This document shows positions 40,217-49,566 of a stretch of 64,000 nt of DNA, in pieces. A program made the translations under genes and the position numbers. The stretch spans positions 908,414 to 972,413 of the forward strand of contig CAVVAV010000002.1 of NCBI GenBank assembly GCA_963746405.1. The letters run 5' to 3'. Each line of letters begins with the position of its first letter. Positions within the stretch are counted from its first letter, which is position 1. Origin of the DNA: an uncultured Chloroflexia bacterium. GTDB lineage: Bacteria > Chloroflexota > Limnocylindria > Limnocylindrales > CSP1-4. Below the pieces are notes generated by a model. The model was not told the origin of the DNA. It did no database searches and saw nothing but the letters and a program-made list of their open reading frames with translations.

Positions 40217-41476
40217 GTGACCGCCGGCGAACCGCCCGAGTCCCCCGCGACGCCCCGTGACGAGCCCCTCGCCGCGAACCGCGACTTCCGGGTGTTGCTC
40301 GGATCGCAGGGTGTCTCGGCGCTCGGCGATGCCGTCAGTTTCACGGCCCTGCCGTTGCTCGTCCTGGCCCTGACCGGATCGGGTCTTGCCATGGGCATCG
40401 TCGGCGCGCTGCAGACGCTGCCGGACCTCGTCTTCGGGATGGTGGCGGGGGCCCTCGCCGACCGGAGCGACCGCAAGCGGATGATGTTCCTGGCCGATCT
40501 CGGGCGGGCAGTCCTGACCGCATCGATCCCGATCAGCGTGTTCCTGAACGGCCCCACGATGGTCGTGATCCTGATCGTCGCCGCACCCATGAGCATCCTG
40601 CGCGCCCTGTTCCTGGCCGGCTACACGTCGTCGGTGCCAGCGCTCGTGGGCCGGTCCCAGATCGCCCGGGCGAACTCCTATTTCGAGGCGATCTATTCGG
40701 TCGGGTACATCGTGGGGCCGGCGATCGCGGGCGTGCTGTCATCGACGATCGGTCCCGGTCCGACGCTCGCGATCGACGCCGTCTCGTTCGCGCTGTCGGG
40801 TCTGGCGCTCGCGTTCGTGCGGCGTGACCTTCGGGCCCCGGTCGACCGCCCGCGGGCAAGCCTTGCGACCGAGATCCGCGAAGGCATCGATTTCGTCGTG
40901 GGCCATCCGATGCTTCGAACGCTCATCGCCTTCTGGGGTCTCGTCGCGATCTCGACGGCGCCGCTCGTGTCGGCGTTGGCCGTCCACGTCACTCGCGACC
41001 TTGGCCAGGAGGACGCGATCCTTGGTCTGATCCTGACGGCCTATGGCGTGGGCACGGTGGTCGGCTCGCTGCTGACATCACGGGCCGGCCGACGGCCCGT
41101 GGCGCCGATCCTGCTTGGTGGCACCTTCGTGACGGGCTGCTGTCTCGTGGTCGTGGCCCTGGTCGACCAGGTGCCGGTGCTCCTGGCGGTGGCGCTCGCA
41201 TCGGGCGTGGCCCAGTCGATGGTCCTCGTGACGTACATCACCGTGCGCACCGCGTACTCGCCCGACGCCATGCTCGGCCGAATCGGCAGCACGGCCCGGA
41301 CGATCTCGCTCGGGTTGCAGCCGATCGGCCTGCTCGTCGGCGGTGCGCTCATCGACCTGACGAACGGCTCGACGACCATCGCCGTCATGGGCATCGGCCT
41401 CGTTGGCCTGAGCCTCTTGTTCGCACCGGTGCGTGCGCTTCGGACAGCGACGCTGCAGCCGCGGGTGTCCGGCTAG
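40217..41476 (+). CDS. MFS transporter
   Basis: About 12 TM helices. GTG start. Confidence 0.7.
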   Translation: MTAGEPPESPATPRDEPLAANRDFRVLLGSQGVSALGDAVSFTALPLLVLALTGSGLAMGIVGALQTLPDLVFGMVAGALADRSDRKRMMFLADLGRAVLTASIPISVFLNGPTMVVILIVAAPMSILRALFLAGYTSSVPALVGRSQIARANSYFEAIYSVGYIVGPAIAGVLSSTIGPGPTLAIDAVSFALSGLALAFVRRDLRAPVDRPRASLATEIREGIDFVVGHPMLRTLIAFWGLVAISTAPLVSALAVHVTRDLGQEDAILGLILTAYGVGTVVGSLLTSRAGRRPVAPILLGGTFVTGCCLVVVALVDQVPVLLAVALASGVAQSMVLVTYITVRTAYSPDAMLGRIGSTARTISLGLQPIGLLVGGALIDLTNGSTTIAVMGIGLVGLSLLFAPVRALRTATLQPRVSG

Positions 41477-41610
41477 GCGACGGCGTCGAGCGCGACGACC
41501 GGATCCGGCGCGATCTCGGCGGCTGCCGCGCAGCCGTCGCACGTGACGAGCGTCAGGGCCTCGTCCGCAGTGGCCTCGCCCGCGCAGAGCGGGCAATCGA
41601 CGGTGAACAT
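41473..41610 (-). CDS. small CxxC...CxxC protein (45 aa), not in supplied ORF track
   Basis: Translated by hand as MFTVDCPLCAGEATADEALTLVTCDGCAAAAEIAPDPVVALDAVA. ATG at 41610. Its stop CTA at 41473..41475 overlaps the MFS stop. It lies downstream of tag on the same strand. Confidence 0.4.
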   Translation of the reverse strand: MFTVDCPLCAGEATADEALTLVTCDGCAAAAEIAPDPVVALDAVA

Positions 41611-41686
41611 CGGGGTGACTCCTTGCTGCCGGCCGGGGTGCTCGCCGGCTGGTCCTGGCCCGGAGTCTCGATGGCGTCCGTGACAG

Positions 41687-42277
41687 CTAGCGTGTCACGC
41701 CGTAGCGAAAACAACCCGGAACGTGGTCGTCGACGAGGCCAACGCTCTGCATGAAGGCGTAGACGATCGTCGAGCCGACGAACCGAAAGCCCCGCCGGCG
41801 CAGGTCCGTGGACAGGGCGTCCGAGGCCGGCGTGGTAGCGGGCACGTCGGCGCTCGTCGCCGAGGCCGGCAACCGAGCCGGCGGCGGGGGCACCATGCTC
41901 GCGAGGTACGCGTCGAACGAGCCGAACGCCTCGGCGGTCGCCAGGAACGCGGTGGCGTTCCCGATCGTGGCGTCGATCTTTGCCCGGTTGCGGACGATGC
42001 CGGCATCCGCCATCAGGCGCGCACGGTCGCCGTCGTCGAACCCCGCCACGACGCGCGGGACGAACCCGCGGAACGCCTCCCGGAACGCGCCGCGCTTGTT
42101 GAGGATCGTCGACCACGACAGGCCGGCCTGGAAGGACTCGAGCGCGAGCCGTTCGAACAGCTCCACGTCGTCGTGGCACGGCACGCCCCACTCGTCGTCG
42201 TGGTAGGCGACCATCCGTGGGTCGACTTGCGCGCCGGCAGGGCCGGACCACCAGCACCGAGCGAGCTCGTCGGTCAT
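41687..42277 (-). CDS. tag: DNA-3-methyladenine glycosylase I
   Basis: Motifs YHDDEWGVP, ESFQAGLSWSTIL and a C-terminal Cys/His Zn site. Confidence 0.8.
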   Translation of the reverse strand: MTDELARCWWSGPAGAQVDPRMVAYHDDEWGVPCHDDVELFERLALESFQAGLSWSTILNKRGAFREAFRGFVPRVVAGFDDGDRARLMADAGIVRNRAKIDATIGNATAFLATAEAFGSFDAYLASMVPPPPARLPASATSADVPATTPASDALSTDLRRRGFRFVGSTIVYAFMQSVGLVDDHVPGCFRYGVTR

Positions 42278-42287
42278 GCGCTGCCGA

Positions 42288-43637
42288 CTACGGCACGGGC
42301 TTGAGGGCGAAGAGCGTGCTGCGCATCGACGGGTCGCCGGCCGGTCGGTTGGCGTTGAACACGGAGCGGAACACCTCGCCCGAGACCTTCTTCGTCCCTG
42401 CCGAGCCGATCAACGTCACGCTGATGAGCCGCCCCGAGACGCCGCGGTCGCGCAGGTCCAGGGCCGTGATCGTGCCGACCCGGGTCCGGCTGTCGCGCCC
42501 GAACCACGTCGAGAGCTGGGCGCGCGTGTAGGTCGCCGTCTTCCAGATCGCGTACGGCGACGACGAGTCGAAGGCCGTCCCGTCGGGTCGCCGGTCGCGC
42601 GAGCCGCGCAGGTAGCTGACGGGGCTCGCCACCTTCGTCCCCGCGGCGCTCACGTACACGTTCTCGTTGTGCTCGGTCGCGCCGCCGCCGGCCGAGTGGA
42701 ACAGGGTGTTGGCGAAGGCGGAACCGCTCTTCAGCACGACACCGGCCGTGGCGCGGATCGCGGCCGTCGCCGCCGCCTTCTCGCCCTCGAGCCCGAGGTA
42801 GACCTGGCTGCTCGAGTCGTCCAGCACGTCGTAGTAGGACACCCCGGGTCGCAGGCGACGAGCGGCATACGAGCGTGCAGCGATCGACTGCGCCTTGAGC
42901 GCCTCGGTCGGCCAGGTCGACGGCATCTCGGCCGGCACGACGCCCCGCAGGTAGCGCTCGAGCGACAGCTCGTTGGTCACGCTGGCCTTCGGGGCGCCGC
43001 CCTGCAGGCCCACCCGCAGCACGCCCCGATACGTGTCATACGACGAGGTCCGCGAATCGACCTGGAAGACCGTCGATGCGCTGACGCCCCGAAGGCGGAA
43101 CGTTTCGATGTTTCCGGCGCGGAGGCTCGCCCCGGTCGGACCGATGACCTTGACCCGCCACGTGACCTTGCTCCCGCTGCTCGTCGAGACGACCGTCGGC
43201 CGGACCTCGATCCGCGTGTCGCGGGGGTAAACCGTCTCGCTGCCGTCGAACCGCCATCCGTCGCGCCGGCCGATCAGGACGAGCGGGCGCGTCGCTGATG
43301 CCCGGAAATCGCCGAGCACACGCACGCGGATCGGCGTGTCCAGCGCGATCGACCCGAGCGTGGCGCCGCGGTAGTAGTGGGCCAGGATCGCGCTCGACGA
43401 CGCCCCGGCCATGGCGCGGCCCCGCGCGCCATGCTGGCTCATGCCGACGCCGTGACCGTAGCCGCGGCCGTGGATCGTGACGGTCGCCCCGACCGGGGTC
43501 GCGCCTGCCGGCACCGGGTCTGCTGCACCAGCCGTGGCCGGTCGGGCCGCGGCAACCCCAGCGACGATCACCAGGGTCGCGACGAGGCCGACGAGCGCCC
43601 TCGGACGAACGGGTGAACGGCTCGGCACGAGTGTCAT
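42288..43637 (-). CDS. SpoIID/LytB domain-containing protein
   Basis: Signal peptide. Motifs HGRGYGHGVGMSQHGA and the C-terminal SpoIID-like region. Confidence 0.7.
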   Translation of the reverse strand: MTLVPSRSPVRPRALVGLVATLVIVAGVAAARPATAGAADPVPAGATPVGATVTIHGRGYGHGVGMSQHGARGRAMAGASSSAILAHYYRGATLGSIALDTPIRVRVLGDFRASATRPLVLIGRRDGWRFDGSETVYPRDTRIEVRPTVVSTSSGSKVTWRVKVIGPTGASLRAGNIETFRLRGVSASTVFQVDSRTSSYDTYRGVLRVGLQGGAPKASVTNELSLERYLRGVVPAEMPSTWPTEALKAQSIAARSYAARRLRPGVSYYDVLDDSSSQVYLGLEGEKAAATAAIRATAGVVLKSGSAFANTLFHSAGGGATEHNENVYVSAAGTKVASPVSYLRGSRDRRPDGTAFDSSSPYAIWKTATYTRAQLSTWFGRDSRTRVGTITALDLRDRGVSGRLISVTLIGSAGTKKVSGEVFRSVFNANRPAGDPSMRSTLFALKPVP

Positions 43638-43674
43638 GCGGTCCTTCAGCTACGGGCTGGCGTCGTGCCGCCCG

Positions 43675-44301
43675 ATGCGTGTGTCATCGACCCGCACCAA
43701 CCGGCTCCGGCTCGGTAAGCACCCGGCCCACCAGGAGGGCTACGCTGTCGCGGTGGAACTCCGCTGTTTCCTGGGGCACGGGGCGTCTGGGTCGGCCGCC
43801 AGCATGACACCGTACGTCAACGGGCTCCAGTCCAGGGGGATCGTCGCGACCGCCATCGACCTGCCCAAGCGGCGCGCCGAGGATGCGGTCCCGGCCTTCC
43901 ACGGGGTCGTGCCGCGCGAGCCGTGGGCCGTCGTCGGCGGGCAGTCCTACGGCGGCCGGGTCGCCAGTCTCGCGGCCGCCGAACCCGGCGCGCCATACGC
44001 GGCCCTGGTGCTCTTCTGCTACCCGCTGCATCCACCGGGGTCGCCGGACAAGGCGGATGCAAGGACCGCCCATTGGCCCCGGATCCGTTGTCCGGTCCTG
44101 CTCCTGTCCGGCGAGGCCGACCCATTCGCCAAGATCGACCTCCTGCGAGCGGCCGTCCAGCGGCTCGGCGGTGAGGCGGAGCTCGTGACGTACCCGAGGG
44201 TCGGACACGGGCTCCTGCCGGTGCTCGATGACGCCCTCGACCGGGTCGCTGCGTTCCTCGCGACCCACGCGACCGACACGACCAAAGTCCCCTTGCCCTG
44301 A
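43675..44301 (+). CDS. alpha/beta hydrolase (dienelactone-hydrolase-like)
   Basis: Motifs FLGHGASGS and GQSYGGRVAS (nucleophile elbow), plus a C-terminal His. The start is uncertain (ATG 43675 or GTG near 43747). Confidence 0.55.
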   Translation: MRVSSTRTNRLRLGKHPAHQEGYAVAVELRCFLGHGASGSAASMTPYVNGLQSRGIVATAIDLPKRRAEDAVPAFHGVVPREPWAVVGGQSYGGRVASLAAAEPGAPYAALVLFCYPLHPPGSPDKADARTAHWPRIRCPVLLLSGEADPFAKIDLLRAAVQRLGGEAELVTYPRVGHGLLPVLDDALDRVAAFLATHATDTTKVPLP

Positions 44302-44486
44302 GCGCCGTCTGGCCCTATCGTGGGCCGCCCCGGGAGGCCGGCGACCGACGGTCGCCAGCCCGGCCCGAAGCCCAGTCGCTGCCGGACGTCCCAGCCCGCG
44401 CGCCCCCAAGCACGCGGTGTCATCCGGCCCCGACCGAGCCGATGTTCGATGCGCTCACCGCCTCGACCCGGTAGGAAGGAGCCACA

Positions 44487-45329
44487 TTGCGAGTTCTGTC
44501 AGGCCGCCGGAGCGCGGTCCTCGTCGCCGCACTCGGGGCGATCCTCGTCCTCACCGCGACGGGCTCGGCGGCATTCGCCGCCAAGGCACCGCCCGGTCTG
44601 TCCAAGTTCAAGGCCGCCATCGGCCGGATCGAGTCCGGCGGGAACTACACCGCCCACAACAAGACGTCGGGTGCCTACGGCAAGTACCAGATCATGCCGT
44701 CCAACTGGCCGGCGTGGGCGCGCCAGTACCTCGGGACCGCCAGTGCCCGCCAGACCCCGAAGAACCAGGAGAAGGTCGCGTCGGGCAAGATGTCCTCGCT
44801 CTATCGCTGGCTCGGCAGCTGGAAGCGCGTCGCCTACTGGTGGCTGACCGGCTCCTCGCGAACCTCGGGCTGGTCGAGCTACGCGAAGCGCTATGTCGCC
44901 AGGGTCATGCGCTACTACCGCGCGGCGGGCGGCAGCACCGCGAGCCCGAAGGCGGAGGCCCGCAGGACCGCCAGCGAACGCTCGAAGGCGATCGAATACA
45001 CCGGACGCTGGCGGAGCGCCAAGCATCCGGGCTACGGCGGCGACCGCGTCGTCTACGCGAAGTCGGCGGGCGCCAGCGCGACGTTCACGTTCAGCGGGCG
45101 CAAGGTCTGGTGGAACGGCCCGACGGGCCCGACACGCGGCAGGGCCAAGGTCTACGTCGACGGGAAGTTCGTGCGGACCGTGAACCTGCACAACCGCTCG
45201 TTCGATGCGCGAGCGACGCTCTTCAAGATCGGCTGGAAGTCGGCCGGTGAGCACACGCTGCGGATCGTCGTCGTCGGGACCAGGGGCCACCCGATGGTTG
45301 CGATCGACGACTTCGTCGTCCTGAAGTAA
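44487..45329 (+). CDS. secreted protein with lytic-transglycosylase-like domain
   Basis: TTG start 6 nt after GGAAGGAG. Signal peptide. Motif IESGGNYTAHNKTSGAYGKYQIMPSNW typical of lysozyme-like transglycosylase domains. Confidence 0.55.
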   Translation: MRVLSGRRSAVLVAALGAILVLTATGSAAFAAKAPPGLSKFKAAIGRIESGGNYTAHNKTSGAYGKYQIMPSNWPAWARQYLGTASARQTPKNQEKVASGKMSSLYRWLGSWKRVAYWWLTGSSRTSGWSSYAKRYVARVMRYYRAAGGSTASPKAEARRTASERSKAIEYTGRWRSAKHPGYGGDRVVYAKSAGASATFTFSGRKVWWNGPTGPTRGRAKVYVDGKFVRTVNLHNRSFDARATLFKIGWKSAGEHTLRIVVVGTRGHPMVAIDDFVVLK

Positions 45330-45345
45330 CCCCCCGCGGCGCGCG

Positions 45346-45726
45346 TCAGCGGGTGGCCAGGACCTCGATCTCGATGCGGTAGTCGGCGGCCAGGGCGGTG
45401 ACACCCACCGTCGCGCGGGTCGGTGGCTCGCTCGGGAAGTACTCGCGGTAGACCGCGTTCATGGCCGCGTACTCGCTGAAGTCGCGCAGGTACACGGTGC
45501 ACTTGACGACGTCCGCGAACCCGAGGCCGGCGGCCGACAGCAGGCGGCCGACGTTGTCCAGCATCGCCCGCGTCTCGGCCTCGATACCGCCCGCGACCGC
45601 GCCGTGGCGCCCGGGCTCGTCACCGACCTGCCCCGCGAGGAAGACGAACCCATTCGCCTCGACGATCTGGGAGAACGGATAGTCGCTCGGCGGGACGCCG
45701 GGAAGCTGGGGAACCTTCTTGGGCAT
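45346..45726 (-). CDS. RidA/YjgF family reactive-intermediate deaminase
   Basis: 126 aa with motifs VKCTVYL and ATVGVTALAADYRIEIEV. Confidence 0.7.
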   Translation of the reverse strand: MPKKVPQLPGVPPSDYPFSQIVEANGFVFLAGQVGDEPGRHGAVAGGIEAETRAMLDNVGRLLSAAGLGFADVVKCTVYLRDFSEYAAMNAVYREYFPSEPPTRATVGVTALAADYRIEIEVLATR

Positions 45727-45773
45727 GGGGGCACCTCCTTCGGTCGGAGTGTGGCGCACGGCGTGCCGCCCCG

Positions 45774-46886
45774 TCACAGTCGCCGCCCGGCCGCCTCCAC
45801 CGCATGCGCGGACCACCAGGCCAGGTCGTCGGCCGCCGAGACCCGCGAGGGGAGCGTGACCCCGGCGTCCGCGTCGAGACCCTTGCGCCAGCCCCGTAGC
45901 AGCAGCCCGACGATCCAGGTCAGGTCCAGCTGGGCGTCCCAGTCGCCCGCGAGACCGGCGAAGTCGTGGGCGTCGCCCCCGAACCCCCACCGTCCGCTGT
46001 CCCACTCGAGCGCCTGGCGGTACTCGGCGACGATCGTGTCCGGTGTCGCGGGCAATGAACCACTGTTGGACACGAGGAACCAGCCGAGGTCGACGGCGAC
46101 CGGCGCCTGCAAGGTCATCTGCCAGTCGATGAAGCCGACCCGGTCGTCCGGCAGGATAGCGACGTTGGCCAGCTTCAGGTCGCCGTGGAGCCCCACCGAG
46201 GGCAGGTGCGCGAGGGCCGAGACCAACGGGGCCGGGTTCGCGCCAAGGCCGTCGACCAGTGCTCGCGCGTCCGCCGGCGCTCGCCGATCGAACGCGTCCC
46301 AGCCCGCCAAGAATCGCTGCCCGACCGGGTTGCCATCGTCGGCGTATGCCGTGGCCGACGGCCGCGCGAGGAGCGTCAGCCGCTCCGCCAGCGGACACCA
46401 CGGCGGTGGCGCCTCCCCCTCACGCTCCGCCGCGGCCTCGAGGACCCGGCTCCAGGGCATCGCGTGCAGGCGGGCGACGGCCTCGATCACCCGGCGGAAC
46501 GTCGGGTCGTCGATCACCGGATCGTGGCCCGGTCGCTCCCAGGCGATCAGCTCGGTCGAGAGATCCGGCATGAGGATCGCGACCCCGTCGCCATCCGCCG
46601 CGGCGCCAAGGTACGCGATGGACGTGCGCGGCAGCCAGGCCAGCGCCCCGCTTGGCCGGGCGGCCAGCCAGCCCTCGCGCAGGTCGTCGTCCCGGGTGGC
46701 GCGGGCGATCCAGTCGGCGGCGATCGACGTCCGCTTCAGCACATAGCGACGACCCAGCGGATCGACGAGGCTCGTGAAGGTCGCCCCGGACCAGCCGTCC
46801 GTGGGGAACGCGTGCTCGGGGCTCAGCTCGAGGCCGTGCTCGGTGAGCAGCTCCAGCAGGGTCCGATCGCGCCAGCCGTCGGTCAT
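45774..46886 (-). CDS. phosphotransferase (APH/choline-kinase-like) family protein
   Basis: Brenner motif HGDLKLANVAI and DWQ. Confidence 0.6.
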   Translation of the reverse strand: MTDGWRDRTLLELLTEHGLELSPEHAFPTDGWSGATFTSLVDPLGRRYVLKRTSIAADWIARATRDDDLREGWLAARPSGALAWLPRTSIAYLGAAADGDGVAILMPDLSTELIAWERPGHDPVIDDPTFRRVIEAVARLHAMPWSRVLEAAAEREGEAPPPWCPLAERLTLLARPSATAYADDGNPVGQRFLAGWDAFDRRAPADARALVDGLGANPAPLVSALAHLPSVGLHGDLKLANVAILPDDRVGFIDWQMTLQAPVAVDLGWFLVSNSGSLPATPDTIVAEYRQALEWDSGRWGFGGDAHDFAGLAGDWDAQLDLTWIVGLLLRGWRKGLDADAGVTLPSRVSAADDLAWWSAHAVEAAGRRL

Positions 46887-46890
46887 GCGG

Positions 46891-47307
46891 TCAGCAGGGC
46901 GCCGGGACGTCGTCGCGGCCGTCCGGCCCGCCGTCGACGTAGACGACATGCGAATCGGGGCAGTTGCGGCTCAGCAGGACGACGAGCGGGTCGCTCGTGG
47001 AGGCGTTCTCCTCGACATGGATCTCGCCCGCCGGGATGTACACGACGTCGCCGGCGCCGGCCGTCATCTCGTGCTCGAGACCGGTCGGGCCCCAGGTGTA
47101 GCGCGCCGCCCCCGACACGATGTAGATCGACGTCTCGCAGTCTCCGTGGTGATGGATCCGCGTCCGATCGCCGGGGGCCGTCGAGACGATCGCCGTGTAG
47201 AGCCGGTCCGCCCCGACCGTCGGGCCGGAGATGGCGATCGATCGTTCCATGCCGGCGTGCTGGCCGACGGTGGTGTGGCGATCGACGGGGCTGATGCGGG
47301 TGGCCAT
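46891..47307 (-). CDS. cupin domain protein
   Basis: Motif RIHHHGDCETSIYIVSGAARY. Confidence 0.55.
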   Translation of the reverse strand: MATRISPVDRHTTVGQHAGMERSIAISGPTVGADRLYTAIVSTAPGDRTRIHHHGDCETSIYIVSGAARYTWGPTGLEHEMTAGAGDVVYIPAGEIHVEENASTSDPLVVLLSRNCPDSHVVYVDGGPDGRDDVPAPC

Positions 47308-47338
47308 CGGCCGATGATAGGCCGCTACCATCGGCTCC

Positions 47339-48355
47339 ATGTCCCCGACTGCGCCGGATCTCCCGCGCTTCCGCCTGTTCGCCGAACCGTCCCCGTTCCA
47401 CCCGCTGCCACGCCTCTCCGCCGCGCTGGGCGGTCGCGCAGAGATCTGGGTCAAACGCGAGGACCTCCTGCCGCTGGCATTCGGGGGGAACAAGCTGCGC
47501 AACCTCGAGTTCCTCGTGGGCGCGGCGCTCGCAGAGGGTGCGGACACGCTGGTCACGAGCGGACGGCGCTGGTCGAACCACTGTCGATTGACGGCGGTGG
47601 CCGGGGCACAGGCAGGGCTGGCCGTGGAGCTCGTGCTGTCGGGGCCCCCGGCGTCACCACCTGGACCCGGGGTGCGGCTGATGACGGCGTTCGGGGCGAT
47701 CGTCCATCAGCTCCCGACGGCCGACCGTGCGGCCCGCGAGACCGAGGTCGAGCAGGTCACGGCCGCGATCGCCGCGCGCGGCGGGCGCCCGTACGTGATC
47801 GGGGTCGGTGGATCGGGTGCCGTCGGCGCGTGGGGCCAGGTGCTCGCCGGCAACGAAACCTTCGACCAGGCCGAGACCGAGGGCGTCACCATCGACGCGA
47901 TCGTCGTGCCGTCGGCGACGGGCGGGACCCAGGCCGGGCTGATCTGCGCGGCCACGACTCGCTCGCCCCGGACGCGCGTCGTGGGCGTGGTCGTGGCCCG
48001 ACCTGCGCCGGAGCTTCGGCCGGCGATCGCGGCGATGGTCGGTGGCCTCGGGGCGATCCGGGACAGCGCCCGCGGCGCCGGCCGCGCCGGCCGTGGTGCC
48101 GCCGGACCAGCGACGGTCGCGCCGGTGGAGCTCGACGAGACCCAGCTCGGCGACGGCTACGGTCGCCCGACCGAGGCGGCCACCGACGCGGCGACCATGC
48201 TGGCCCGCAGCGAGGCGATCCTGGTCGACCCCATCTACACCGCCAAGGCGCTGGCCTCGCTCGTCGCGGGCGTGCGGGCGGGCGCGTGGGACGGTCAGAG
48301 GGTCGTCTTCTGGCACGCCGGCGGCCTGCCGGGCATCTTCGAACCGCTCGACTGA
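47339..48355 (+). CDS. PLP-dependent D-cysteine desulfhydrase / ACC deaminase family protein
   Basis: Motif LYVKREDLLPLAFGGNKLRNLEFL (PLP lysine), typical of the family. Confidence 0.65.
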   Translation: MSPTAPDLPRFRLFAEPSPFHPLPRLSAALGGRAEIWVKREDLLPLAFGGNKLRNLEFLVGAALAEGADTLVTSGRRWSNHCRLTAVAGAQAGLAVELVLSGPPASPPGPGVRLMTAFGAIVHQLPTADRAARETEVEQVTAAIAARGGRPYVIGVGGSGAVGAWGQVLAGNETFDQAETEGVTIDAIVVPSATGGTQAGLICAATTRSPRTRVVGVVVARPAPELRPAIAAMVGGLGAIRDSARGAGRAGRGAAGPATVAPVELDETQLGDGYGRPTEAATDAATMLARSEAILVDPIYTAKALASLVAGVRAGAWDGQRVVFWHAGGLPGIFEPLD

Positions 48356-48378
48356 GGGACCCGTCAGGAACGGGTCCC
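48356..48378 (+). terminator. GC-rich hairpin (GGGACCCGT-cagga-ACGGGTCCC) directly after the stop at 48355
   Basis: Seen directly. There is no U-tract, as is usual for high-GC actinobacteria. Confidence 0.35.
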
Positions 48379-48400
48379 CCGAGCATTCCGGGACGAGAAG

Positions 48401-48431
48401 GGACCCCGGTCTGTGCAGCAGGCCGGGGTCC
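48401..48431 (-). terminator. hairpin GGACCCCGG...CCGGGGTCC between convergent genes
   Basis: Seen directly as a 9-bp inverted repeat, downstream of the cupredoxin gene end. Confidence 0.3.
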
Positions 48432-48455
48432 AGGCGGCGGTCGAAGGAAACGGTG

Positions 48456-48848
48456 CTATCCGGCGGTCAGCGTGCCCGTCATCTCAGGATGGACTTCGCA
48501 CCAGAACGTGTATGCGCCGGCTGCGAGGGCCGGGACGTCGTACGTGATCTTGGTCTGGGTGACGATCTCACCCTTGAACTTCTCGGCGCCGGCAGCGTCC
48601 TTGATGGCGATGTTGTGCGGCGCCGACTCCTGGTTGTCGAGGGTGATCTGGAACGCCTCGTCCGCGGTTGCCGTGATCGACGTCGGCGAGAACGCGAGGT
48701 CCTTTGCGACGATGACGGTGCCGTCGCCGGCACCGGCGGACGCCGGGGGAGCGGACGCGGCGGGGCTGGACGTCGTGCCGCCCCCGGAACAGGCGGCGGC
48801 GATGACGGCGAGGGCCACGAGGCCCAGGCCAAGGACGAGGCGCTTCAT
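48456..48848 (-). CDS. cupredoxin-like lipoprotein (plastocyanin/azurin family)
   Basis: Lipobox LAVIAAAC. Type-1 copper ligand pattern H(NIAI)...C-EVHPEM. Confidence 0.6.
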   Translation of the reverse strand: MKRLVLGLGLVALAVIAAACSGGGTTSSPAASAPPASAGAGDGTVIVAKDLAFSPTSITATADEAFQITLDNQESAPHNIAIKDAAGAEKFKGEIVTQTKITYDVPALAAGAYTFWCEVHPEMTGTLTAG

Positions 48849-48909
48849 CTGATCGGACTCCTTGTCGCGGTGTCGCGCGGCCGGGAAGGATCCCGGCCGC
48901 GTCTTGGCG

Positions 48910-49338
48910 TCAGGCGCCGGCACCCGCGGCGCGGCGGCCGGTGACGAGGGCGGCGAAGCTCGCCAGCTCACGCTTGACCACGGCGATCGGATTGCCGTCC
49001 ATCCGGGCGAAGTCGACGGCGACCAGGACGATCAGCGCGACCTCGATGGCCTTGGCGATGTAGGCCGTCTGATAGTACGGACCCTGGATCGCCCAGCCGA
49101 TGATGGTCGTCAAAGCGTAGCCGATGAGGCCGAGACGCACCACCCAGCGGAAGCGGACCGCCAGGGCGAGCGGGACGATCATCGCGATAGCGGCGACGAC
49201 GTAGCCGACCGCGTTCAGGGTGAACAGCAGACCGCCCAGCGTCGAGTGGATGTAGCCGGTCGCCAGGGCCAGGCCGACGATCGCGGCGCGGATGACGATG
49301 TCGGAGGCGCGGAGCGGCGTTCGGGAAGCGAACATCAC
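48910..49338 (-). CDS. small integral membrane protein
   Basis: 142 aa with 4 predicted TM helices, upstream of the cupredoxin gene on the same strand. Confidence 0.45.
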   Translation of the reverse strand: MMFASRTPLRASDIVIRAAIVGLALATGYIHSTLGGLLFTLNAVGYVVAAIAMIVPLALAVRFRWVVRLGLIGYALTTIIGWAIQGPYYQTAYIAKAIEVALIVLVAVDFARMDGNPIAVVKRELASFAALVTGRRAAGAGA

Positions 49339-49566
49339 GGTGTCGGGACCTCTCTCTGCAGGGACCGGTCAGGTGTGCCGGTGTCTGTGCAGCCATGGTC
49401 CCGCCGGGTACCCGGGGAGCGCGCCCGTCAAGGGACGCCGATGCACCCGGACGCTCGCCAGCGCCCGGCTGCCGACGATCGTCGACCCCGTCTCGGCCGG
49501 ATGACGTAGGTCCCGTGGGCAACGGGCGATGCCCATGCTGGGCGGACCCGTCGTATCCTCGCGCGG

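Noticed and set aside
44302-44486. Possible terminator or tRNA-like element in the 185-nt intergenic region
   Set aside because: Only a weak hairpin (GGCGACCG-acg-GTCGCC). There is no tRNA cloverleaf and no conserved boxes.
47338-47341. Overlapping divergent ATG start codons (CATG) for the cupin and dcyD-like genes, and similarly at 43635..43638 and 57640..57643
   Set aside because: Most likely the minus-strand genes use the next downstream ATG (47307). Each alternative pushes one of the two genes to a more distal start. CATG overlaps are coincidental in high-GC DNA.
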